From an uncultured delta proteobacterium (lineage in GTDB: Bacteria > Myxococcota_A > Polyangia > Polyangiales > Polyangiaceae), in NCBI GenBank assembly GCA_963806225.1, contig CAWDXG010000004.1:1504001-1568000 (forward strand): 64,000 nucleotides of DNA. Reading direction: 5' to 3'. Positions within the stretch are counted from its first letter, which is position 1, and each line of letters starts with the position of its first letter. Below the pieces are notes generated by a model. It had not been told where the DNA came from, made no database searches, and saw only the letters and a list, made by a program, of their open reading frames with translations. Below are positions 53,137-61,195 of this stretch, piece after piece. Made by a program: the position numbers and the translations under genes.

Positions 53137-54234
53137 ATGACCGACCGCTGGGTACTCGTGCTGGACGCGCCTTCAGGCGATGCCTGTCGGCGCGTGGGCG
53201 GCCTTCCGCTGGCGCTGCGCCTCGCACTCGACGCCCAGGCCGGCGGCGCGGCAGCCGTGGTCATCACGGAAGACGCGGCGGCGGCGCGGCCGGCGCTCGA
53301 CGACGCGCGGCTCCGCCTCCCGCTGCTGGACCAGGTTCCCGACGACGCGCGCAGCCTTCGCGTCCCCGCGAGCTGGGTCGTGCACCGCGCCCTGTTCCGC
53401 ACGCTCGTCGACAGCGGAGGACTCGAACGCGCGCGCGATCTGGCGAAGGAGCCGTTCGGGATGTCGGCGGCGTGGAGCTTCGAGCCCGTCGACGTGACGG
53501 ACGACAAGTCCGCCGAGCGCGCTGAACGCGCGCTCTTCACCGCGCTCCGGAAGCCCCAGGACGGCTGGACCTCGCGCTGGCTCAACCGCTACATCTCGCT
53601 GTCCATCTCGCGCTGGCTGGTCAACACGCCGCTCAGGCCCAACCAGGTCTCCATCGGCATCCTGGCGATCGGCCTTTTCGGCGCGTGGCTGGCAACACGA
53701 GGCGACTACCTCGGCTTCGCCGTCGGTGCGTTCCTCTTCCAGATGCAGAGCGTGCTCGACGGCTGCGACGGGGAGATGAGCCGCGTGACCTACCGCGGGT
53801 CGCACCTGGGCGAGTGGCTCGACACCATCGGCGACGATCTGACCAACTACGCCTTCTTCGCCGGCGCCGCGGTCGGACTGTACCGGTCGAGCGGCCACAC
53901 CCTGTACCTCCTCGCCGGCAGCGTGATCGTGTTCTGCGGTTTCCTCACCAGCGGCATCGAGTACCGCTACCTGATCCGTATCGGATCGGGCGACCTGCTC
54001 AAGTATCCGCTCAGCCAGGGCGCGAGCGGCGAAGGCGGCGGACTGCTCTCCGCCATCCAGCCTCTGTTCAAGCGCGACACGTTCGTGTTCCTGACCTTCG
54101 TCGCGGCGCTCGTCGGCCTGGTGGGCCCGATGTTGATCGCGTTCTCGCTGGGCGCCATCGGCATCTTCATCAACGTGATCGCGACCGAGCTGCGTATGGC
54201 GAAGAGCCCACGCCGGCCGGGGAGCGAACGTTGA
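53137..54234 (+). CDS. CDP-alcohol phosphatidyltransferase family protein with degenerate N-terminal NTP-transferase-like region
   Basis: PNQVS and DGCDGEMSR...G.WLD...D signature. Confidence 0.88.
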   Translation: MTDRWVLVLDAPSGDACRRVGGLPLALRLALDAQAGGAAAVVITEDAAAARPALDDARLRLPLLDQVPDDARSLRVPASWVVHRALFRTLVDSGGLERARDLAKEPFGMSAAWSFEPVDVTDDKSAERAERALFTALRKPQDGWTSRWLNRYISLSISRWLVNTPLRPNQVSIGILAIGLFGAWLATRGDYLGFAVGAFLFQMQSVLDGCDGEMSRVTYRGSHLGEWLDTIGDDLTNYAFFAGAAVGLYRSSGHTLYLLAGSVIVFCGFLTSGIEYRYLIRIGSGDLLKYPLSQGASGEGGGLLSAIQPLFKRDTFVFLTFVAALVGLVGPMLIAFSLGAIGIFINVIATELRMAKSPRRPGSER

Positions 54235-55721
54235 GACGCCGCGCCACCGCCGCCGCACTCTCTGCCGCGCTACTGCTCGCCGCCGCGCCGGGCCGCGCGG
54301 ATCTGCCTGCGAACGGTGCGCAGATCCAGACCAGCCGATACAGCGTCGACATGACGCAGGGCCCGGTGCTGGCCGGCACGCGGGTCATGGGCCTGGCCGG
54401 CGCGTACGTGGCGCTCGCCGAGGGCACCGAAGGCAACACGCAGAATCCGGCCGCGCCAGCCGTGCGCACGCCCTGGTCCGTCGACAACCTCGACTACGAT
54501 CTCGGTTTCGGACTGACGTTCCCGAGCACGGTCGAGAACACGGATTTCTTCAACACCGGCCAGCGCACCACCCAGCTCGGCAACACCGACACCACCGGCT
54601 TCGTCTTCCTCGATCTCTCCGGCAACCTGCAGTTCGGGGCCTGGGGCGTCGGCCTTACGCTGAACATGCAGCAGTACGGAGTCACGCGCCGCGGCTCGCC
54701 GGAAAAGCTCAATGCCCGCTTCATCACGGGGCACGGCCTGGTGGCGCGCTCGCTGGCGGACGGACAGCTCGTGCTCGGCGGCGGCGTACGCCTGTCGAAC
54801 CTGACGCTGGTGAACGGCAACCCGCTGCCCAACCAGTCCAACTCGCTGTTCGAGACCACCGGAACGGCGCTCGAGCTAGGAGCGCTCATCCGCCCGAACT
54901 GGCGGCACTTCCGCATCGGCGCGGCGCTGCGCTCGGCCGTCACCACGCACGCGAACCCCACCAGCAAGGTGAACGAGGTGAACGGCGACCACATCGCCGG
55001 CACCCCCGGCAGCCCGGATGCCATCTTCCTGCCCGACCACGTCGCGTTGCCGTGGGACGTGAACGTCGGCGCCGCCATCCAGATCGGTCCGCGTCCCTTC
55101 AACCCGCGCTGGCTCGACCCCGACGAGGTCGTCGCGCAGACCAAGCGCTACCTCGATTGGCGCGCCCGCGAGCGCGAACGGCGGCGCGCCTACCTGCTCG
55201 ACAAGGCGAAGCAGGAGGGGCGCGACGTGGACGCGGCCGCCAAGGCCATCGACGCCGAGAATGCGACCCAGGCTGCGCTCGACAAGGAGCACCTGCGACG
55301 CGTAGGCGAGCGCGTTCGCAAGGAGCTCAAGGCCCGGGCGAAGGCCATGGCACGCTTCTACGTGCTGCTCTCGGCACAGCTCTTGATCACGGGCCCTCTG
55401 CCGAACGCCGTCGGCGTGGAGTCCTTCCTGGAGCAGAAGGTCAACCGCTCCGGGCAGCGCGCCACCTACTCGCCGCGTGCCGCACTGGAGACGGAGCTCA
55501 TCCCGGGCTGGCTGAAGATCCGTGGCGGCGCGTATTTCGAACCCACGCGCTTCGCGTCGTCGAAGGGCCGCTGGCACGGCACCGGCGGCCTCGGTCTCAA
55601 ACTATTCCCGTGGAGCATCTTCGGCCTCTTCGACGACGACACCGTCTGGCGCGCCAGCGGCGCCATCGACGCCAGCGCCCGCTACTTCGGCTGGAGCGCG
55701 AGCGTCGGGGTGTGGCACTAG
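54231..55721 (+). CDS. Putative outer-membrane beta-barrel protein (FadL/OmpP1-like N-terminus)
   Basis: Signal peptide; RVMGLAGAYVALAEG...NPAA; amphipathic strands; C-terminal GVWH. Confidence 0.6.
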   Translation: MRRRATAAALSAALLLAAAPGRADLPANGAQIQTSRYSVDMTQGPVLAGTRVMGLAGAYVALAEGTEGNTQNPAAPAVRTPWSVDNLDYDLGFGLTFPSTVENTDFFNTGQRTTQLGNTDTTGFVFLDLSGNLQFGAWGVGLTLNMQQYGVTRRGSPEKLNARFITGHGLVARSLADGQLVLGGGVRLSNLTLVNGNPLPNQSNSLFETTGTALELGALIRPNWRHFRIGAALRSAVTTHANPTSKVNEVNGDHIAGTPGSPDAIFLPDHVALPWDVNVGAAIQIGPRPFNPRWLDPDEVVAQTKRYLDWRARERERRRAYLLDKAKQEGRDVDAAAKAIDAENATQAALDKEHLRRVGERVRKELKARAKAMARFYVLLSAQLLITGPLPNAVGVESFLEQKVNRSGQRATYSPRAALETELIPGWLKIRGGAYFEPTRFASSKGRWHGTGGLGLKLFPWSIFGLFDDDTVWRASGAIDASARYFGWSASVGVWH

Positions 55722-55814
55722 GCGCGCGCTCTGCCGATTGACGGCCGCACAGGGCGTCGGGCGGACCACTTGACGCTTGGCCCGCCGCCCCCACATGGGC
55801 GAGAGTCGAGACCG

Positions 55815-56681
55815 ATGCACCGCACCTCCCTCGTGATCGCCGCCGCCGTGGCGCTCACCTCGTGCTCGAAACACGACAAGACGGCGGAGCCGGCGCACAC
55901 GGCGCCGTGGCGCGCGCGGCCGGCTCCGAGCGCCGCGCGCCCGAGCCTCGCGGTGCGCTACACGATCCAGCCGCAGGGACGCGCGAGCTTCACGCTCGAG
56001 GCGAAGAAAGCGACGCCGAGCGGCGCTCTGCGCGTGGCGCGTGGCGAGCTGCGCGTCGATCTGCTCGATCTGTCGAAGACGCGGGGAACGGTGAGCATGG
56101 ATCTGGCGTCGGTGCTGATGGGCGCCGACGCCGACGCTGGCGACGCGGAAGAGCCCACGCGGCAAGCGAAGAACTGGCTCGACGTGGGCGACAATGTGCC
56201 CGAAGCGGAGCGCGCGCGCCGGCGCTGGGCCAGCTTTCGCATCGAATCCATCGAGCACGCGACCGCGGACGCCGCGTACAAGGGGCGGCGCGTCAAGGCG
56301 AGCGAGCTCTCGCCCGACGGCGGAGAGAGCGCGGACGCCGGCGAAGGCGGCGCATCCGCGCGCGAGATCCGCCGGGTGGATCTGACCGCGACGGGCGAGC
56401 TCTTGATCCACGGCTACAAGGCGGAGCAGAGCGTCCGGCTGCGGGCGCTGTTCGAATTTCCGGCCAAGGCCGGCCCGGGAGTCCGCCCCCAGCGTATCGT
56501 GCTCCGGACCCTCCATCCGCTGCGCGTCGCGCTCGCGGCGCATGACATCAAGCCTCGCGATTCAGAAGGGGTTTTCGTGTCCGAGGGGATGAAGCTGCTG
56601 GGCGTTTCGGTGGGGCGACAGGCCCGCGTTTCGCTCGACTTGACGGCCGTGCCGGACCCGGCACAGCGCGACAGCCGCTGA
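55815..56681 (+). CDS. YceI-like lipoprotein
   Basis: LTSC lipobox; GTVSMDLASV, ASFRIESI and ATGELLIHG resemble the YceI barrel. Confidence 0.6.
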   Translation: MHRTSLVIAAAVALTSCSKHDKTAEPAHTAPWRARPAPSAARPSLAVRYTIQPQGRASFTLEAKKATPSGALRVARGELRVDLLDLSKTRGTVSMDLASVLMGADADAGDAEEPTRQAKNWLDVGDNVPEAERARRRWASFRIESIEHATADAAYKGRRVKASELSPDGGESADAGEGGASAREIRRVDLTATGELLIHGYKAEQSVRLRALFEFPAKAGPGVRPQRIVLRTLHPLRVALAAHDIKPRDSEGVFVSEGMKLLGVSVGRQARVSLDLTAVPDPAQRDSR

Positions 56682-56708
56682 AACCGTTGGCGGGCGCCAT
56701 CGTATGCG

Positions 56709-56722
56709 TTGACAATGGTCAA
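56709..56722. promoter_or_regulatory. Palindrome TTGAC-N4-GTCAA (CRP/FNR-like geometry), also containing a TTGACA -35 hexamer
   Basis: TTGACAATGGTCAA lies 66 bp upstream of the precursor ATG, which has an AAGGAG RBS. Confidence 0.55.
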
Positions 56723-56788
56723 ATGGCGCTTTTGCCTCGAGGCCGCGATCACCTATCCGGACCCCGATCCGAGCAAGGAGACCCGTCG

Positions 56789-57247
56789 ATGAACAGCAAA
56801 CTGTCCTTCAACGCCATTGCGGCAACGCTCGCAACGCTGGGCGCTACCGGTCTGGTCGCGTGCGGGGGCACTGCCGCTTCTCCGGCCAAGAGCCCGGTGC
56901 AGGCGCAGGAGGTGCCCGCTGCTGCTCCGGCTCCCACGGAGTCCACGGAGACGACCTCGACGGCAGCCGAAGAGCAGAATACGGACAGCGCCAAGGCAGC
57001 GGATGCCGACCAGGCCGGAGAAGCCGACAGCGACAAGTCCGCCGACGCCAAGGGCGCGGCCGACAAGGCCGACACCAAGGACGACAAGCCGGGCGCCGAG
57101 GACGACAAGACCGCGATGAAGAAGAAGAAGGCGGCCGGCGCCAAGGCCAGCTGCGGCGCGGTGCCGAGCAAGGCGCACAAGGCGGCCCCGAAGAAGAAGC
57201 GCGCGGGCGGCGCCAAGAGCTCCTGCGGCGCGGGCACCTGCTCCTGA
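56789..57247 (+). CDS. Putative MNIO RiPP precursor, lipoprotein
   Basis: LVAC lipobox (Cys25), acidic low-complexity linker, C-terminal KKKKAAGAKASCGA...KKKRAGGAKSSCGAGTCS; 8 bp upstream of the DUF692 gene. Confidence 0.8.
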   Translation: MNSKLSFNAIAATLATLGATGLVACGGTAASPAKSPVQAQEVPAAAPAPTESTETTSTAAEEQNTDSAKAADADQAGEADSDKSADAKGAADKADTKDDKPGAEDDKTAMKKKKAAGAKASCGAVPSKAHKAAPKKKRAGGAKSSCGAGTCS

Positions 57248-57255
57248 GAAACGGC

Positions 57256-58104
57256 ATGCAAGACGGAGTCGGGCTGGGGCTGCGCTGGGACTTCCTCGAG
57301 GAAGTGCTGGAGCGCCCCCGGCTCGACATCGCCTTCTTCGAGGTCTCGCCCGAGAACTACATGCGCCGCGGCGGATTCTATCCCGCTGCGCTGGAGCAGA
57401 TCGCCGAGCGCTATTCGATCGTCACGCACGGCCTGACGATGTCGCTCGGCGCCGCCGAGCCGCCCGCAGACGACTACCTCGCCGCGCTGCGAACCGAGAT
57501 CGAGCGCGTCGGATCGCCCTGGCACTCGGATCATCTGTGCTTCAGCACCGCCGGCGGCCGCGTGCTGCACGATCTGTTGCCGCTCAAGCTGTGCGAGGAC
57601 AGCGCACGGCGCGTGGCCGACCGCGTGCGTGCCGCGGAGGACCGCCTGGGCGTGCCGATGGCGGTCGAGAATATCTCCTGGTACGCGCACCCCGGACGGC
57701 AGGAGATGCCGGAGGCGGAGCTCATCTGTCGCGTGCTGGAGCTGAGCGGCGCAGGGCTCCTGCTCGACGTGAACAATGTCTATGTCAACTCGCTGAACCA
57801 CGGCTTCGACCCGTACGCCTTCATCGCCGCGCTGCCGCTCGAGCGCGTGATGCAGATCCACGTCGCGGGTCACACGCGGATGGAGAGCGGACTCGTACTC
57901 GACACGCACGGCGCCGCGGTGTGCGATCCGGTCTACGCGCTGCTCGAGTGGACGATCGAGCGCACCGGGCCGAAGCCCGTCCTGCTCGAGCGCGACAACT
58001 GGGTTCCGGAGCTGGACGAGCTCCTGGCAGAGGTCCGGGCGATCGACGCCGTCTACCGGCGCGGCGTCGCGCGGCACGAGGAGCGGCATGCAAGAAGCGC
58101 TTGA
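57256..58104 (+). CDS. DUF692 multinuclear non-heme iron oxidative enzyme (MNIO; MbnB/TglH/ChrH/HvfB family)
   Basis: GLGLR, FFEVSPENY, HGLTMSLG, SDHLC, HDLLP, VENIS, LLDVNNVYVN, IHVAGH, DTHG and LLERD motifs. Confidence 0.95.
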   Translation: MQDGVGLGLRWDFLEEVLERPRLDIAFFEVSPENYMRRGGFYPAALEQIAERYSIVTHGLTMSLGAAEPPADDYLAALRTEIERVGSPWHSDHLCFSTAGGRVLHDLLPLKLCEDSARRVADRVRAAEDRLGVPMAVENISWYAHPGRQEMPEAELICRVLELSGAGLLLDVNNVYVNSLNHGFDPYAFIAALPLERVMQIHVAGHTRMESGLVLDTHGAAVCDPVYALLEWTIERTGPKPVLLERDNWVPELDELLAEVRAIDAVYRRGVARHEERHARSA

Positions 58105-58921
58105 GCGCGCCATGTCGCAGCTTGCCTTCGGGCCAGAGATCGATCCGCACGACGCCGGGGCGGTGCGCGCCTGGCTCGAGGGGAGCGGGATGGGCGCGGC
58201 GGACATCGACGCCATCCTGGCCGACAACGTCGAGCGCTTGTTCGTCTACCGCGACCTCGTACGCGGCAACCTGTACGAAGCGCTCCAGCTTTCGGTCCCC
58301 CGCAGCATGGCGCGGCTGGGCGAGGTGTTCGACGAGTACTTCGCGCGCTTCCTCGCCGAGCGCGCGCCCCGCACCCACTACCTGCGCGACGTGACCGACG
58401 AGCTGCTCGACTGGTGCGAGCCGCTCTGGCAGGACGACCCGCGGGTGCCGGCGTACATCATGGAGCTTTCGCGCCACGAGGCGCTGCAGATCGAGATCGG
58501 TGCGATGGCCACCGAGCCGGTGAGCGCCAACGCCGAGGGCCTCGACCTCGAGCGTGGCGTGCGCTTCATCGATGCCGCGCGTCTGGTGCATTACGACCAC
58601 GCGATCCACGAGCTCAGCGAGGACGAGGAAGACCGGACGGAACCGCGCCGCGCCCCCACCTCGCTGTTCGTCTACAGGAACCCCGAGCACGAGGTCCGCT
58701 ACCTGGCGCTGAGCCCGCTGGCCGCCGACATCCTTTCGGCTCTGTTCGAGCACGGCCAGAGCCTGCGCCAGGCGCTCGTCACGGCCTGCGGGAAGCAGGG
58801 ATGCGAGCTCGACCCGCCCGTGCTCGAGGGCGCCGCCCGACTGCTTTCCGATCTGGCCGAACGGGGTGCGCTGGTCGGGGCGGTCGAGCCAGTTCCGACG
58901 GAAATTCCCCCGACGGGGTAA
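58088..58921 (+). CDS. DUF2063/HvfC-like MNIO partner protein
   Basis: RLFVYRDLVRGN...P...LG..F...F..F pattern; overlaps the 3' end of the MNIO gene. Confidence 0.85.
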   Translation: MQEALERAMSQLAFGPEIDPHDAGAVRAWLEGSGMGAADIDAILADNVERLFVYRDLVRGNLYEALQLSVPRSMARLGEVFDEYFARFLAERAPRTHYLRDVTDELLDWCEPLWQDDPRVPAYIMELSRHEALQIEIGAMATEPVSANAEGLDLERGVRFIDAARLVHYDHAIHELSEDEEDRTEPRRAPTSLFVYRNPEHEVRYLALSPLAADILSALFEHGQSLRQALVTACGKQGCELDPPVLEGAARLLSDLAERGALVGAVEPVPTEIPPTG

Positions 58922-58984
58922 CCAATCTGGCCGGGGAGCGGTACTAGGATATAGTGCTTCCTTTGATGCTCCAGGGCCCCGCAA

Positions 58985-61101
58985 ATGTCTGAACGCGACC
59001 CCCTGCGTATTGCCGGCCAGACGATAGCCGACAAGTACCGGATAGAAGAGGCGGTGGGAGAAGGCGGCTTCGCCGTCGTCTACCGTGCGCTGCACACCAT
59101 CTGGAAGCAGCCGGTCGCCATCAAGTTCTTCAACGGCCTGTCGACCGCTCCCGTCGACCAGCGCGACCAGCTGCAGCAGGACTTCATCAACGAGGGCGCG
59201 CTGCTCAGCGAGCTCAGCAGCCACACGGCAAACATCGTGCAGGCGCGGGATGTGGGCAGCTACACCACGCCCGACGGCCAGTGGATGCCGTACATGGTGC
59301 TGGAGTGGCTGGAGGGCGAGTCGCTCGAGGAAACGCTCGCGCGCGAGCAGAACGCCGGCGCCGCTGCCTGGAGCCTGGAGGAAATGTGCCGGCGTGATCG
59401 CGCCCGCAGCCACAGCGCTGGAAGTGGCCCACAAGCGCGGCATCGCGCACCGCGACATCAAGCCGGCGAACCTGTTCATTGTCGGAGGCGAACCGCGCAG
59501 CGCGGACGCCAAGCTGAAGGTGCTCGACTTCGGCGTCGCCAAGATGATGGCCGACAACACGCAGCTGCAGGCCGCGCTGGCGAAAACGGGCACGAACATC
59601 ACGTCGTTCACGCCGCAGTACGGCGCCCCGGAACAGTTCACGCGCAGCTACGGCGCCACGGGCCCGTGGACGGACGTGTTCGCGCTGGCGCTGGTGGCGG
59701 TCGAGATGCTCGTCGGTCACCCGGCGCTCGACGGCGGCGACCTGGTGCAGCTCGCCTTCTCGTCGAGCAATCCCGAGCAGCGGCCCACTCCACGCGCGCT
59801 CGGTGCCGCCATCCCCGACGCGGTGGAAGCCGTGTTCTCCAAAGGCGCTGGCGCCCCGCCCGGCCGCTCGCTACGCGAGCGCGGGAGCGTTCTGGGCGGC
59901 GCTGGAGCAGGCGGCGGGAAGCGCGGGCGTCCAGGTTCCGCGCTTGTCGACCACGCACCCGACACCGCTCGAAAGCGGGCCCACGCAGCTGCCCTCCGCG
60001 GTCATCGGCAACAGCGCCACGCCAGTCACCGCGCCGACCATGCCGGCGAGCTCGCTGTCCCCCATGCCGCTGGCAGGAGGCATCCGCACGACGACCCCAC
60101 AGACGCTGTCACCCGCCGAGCCCCGGCCGGCCCAGCGCGGGCGCGGCGGCGTGATCGCGGCAGTGGCCGCTGTGGCTGTGCTGGGCGTGGCGGGCGGCGT
60201 GTTCCTTGTCCGCCGAAGCCCCACTTCTACCCAGCAGGCCCCGGCACCCAGCGCCAGCATGGTCGCCCCGCCCGCCTCGGCCTCGGCGGCGCCGGCCGCG
60301 GCGACGTGTCCCAAGGACATGGCGGAGATCCCCGCCGGTCAGTTCTTCATGGGCTCCGACCGGCGCGATGCGTTCGACAACGAGAAGCCTTCGCATCACG
60401 TCAAGCTCGACGCTTTCTGCATGGACCTCTACGAGGTCACGATGGCCAAGTACAAGGCGTGCTCGGACGTCGGCAAGTGCCGCCGCGCGCCGAAGGAAGT
60501 CGACTGGCCGGGCATCAAGGACGCCGATCGCAAGACCTATAGCCCGCTCTGCAACGCGAACCACCCCGACCATGCAAACCACCCCGTCAACTGCGTGACG
60601 TGGAAGATGGCGGACACCTACTGCAAGGCCCAGGACAAGCAGCTGCCCACGGAAGCCCAGTGGGAATACGCGACGCGCGGTCCGGACGGGCGCGTCTATC
60701 CGTGGGGCGACGAGCCGCCTACGGCCAAGCACCTCAACGCCTGCGGCAGCGAGTGCATGGCCTGGGGCAAGAAGCACGGCGTGGAGATGCACGAGCTGTA
60801 CAAGCAGAGCGATGGCTACGCCGGCACTGCGCCGGTCGGCAGCTTCCCGCTCGGCCGCTCGCGCTTCGGCCCGTACGACGTGGTCGGCAATGTGTGGGAG
60901 TGGACGGCGGACTGGTACGGCCCGTACAAGCCGGGCGCCGAGGTCGACCCGACCGGGCCGAAAAGCGGGGAAAAGCGGGTGATCCGCGGCGGCGCGTTCA
61001 ACGGGAGCCAGGCGAGCTGGCTCCGCCCGTCGTTCCGCTACGCCCAGGACCCCGGCGCCAGAAGCCACGGCGTCGGCTTCCGCTGCGCGAAGAAGCTGTA
61101 G
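58985..61101 (+). CDS. Ser/Thr kinase fused via a TM segment to an FGE-sulfatase (SUMF1-like) domain, two apparent frameshifts near 59385 and 59843
   Basis: GEGGFAVV, HRDIKPAN, DFG and APE spread over two frames; third frame has the TM, LPTEAQWEYA, GNVWEW, RGG and GFRC motifs. Confidence 0.85.
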
Positions 61102-61195
61102 TCCACCCCAAGGCGGGAGCCCCCAGGCAAGCTGGCCGACGCGACGATGAGCGGGACAATTGTGCCCTGTTCGCTGCCTGGTCTACGATCGGATC

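Noticed and set aside
58985..61101. Kinase-FGE gene as a tailoring enzyme of the RiPP cluster
   Set aside because: It is separated by a gap with its own -10-like TAGGAT, and such fusions are common stand-alone signalling proteins in myxobacteria.
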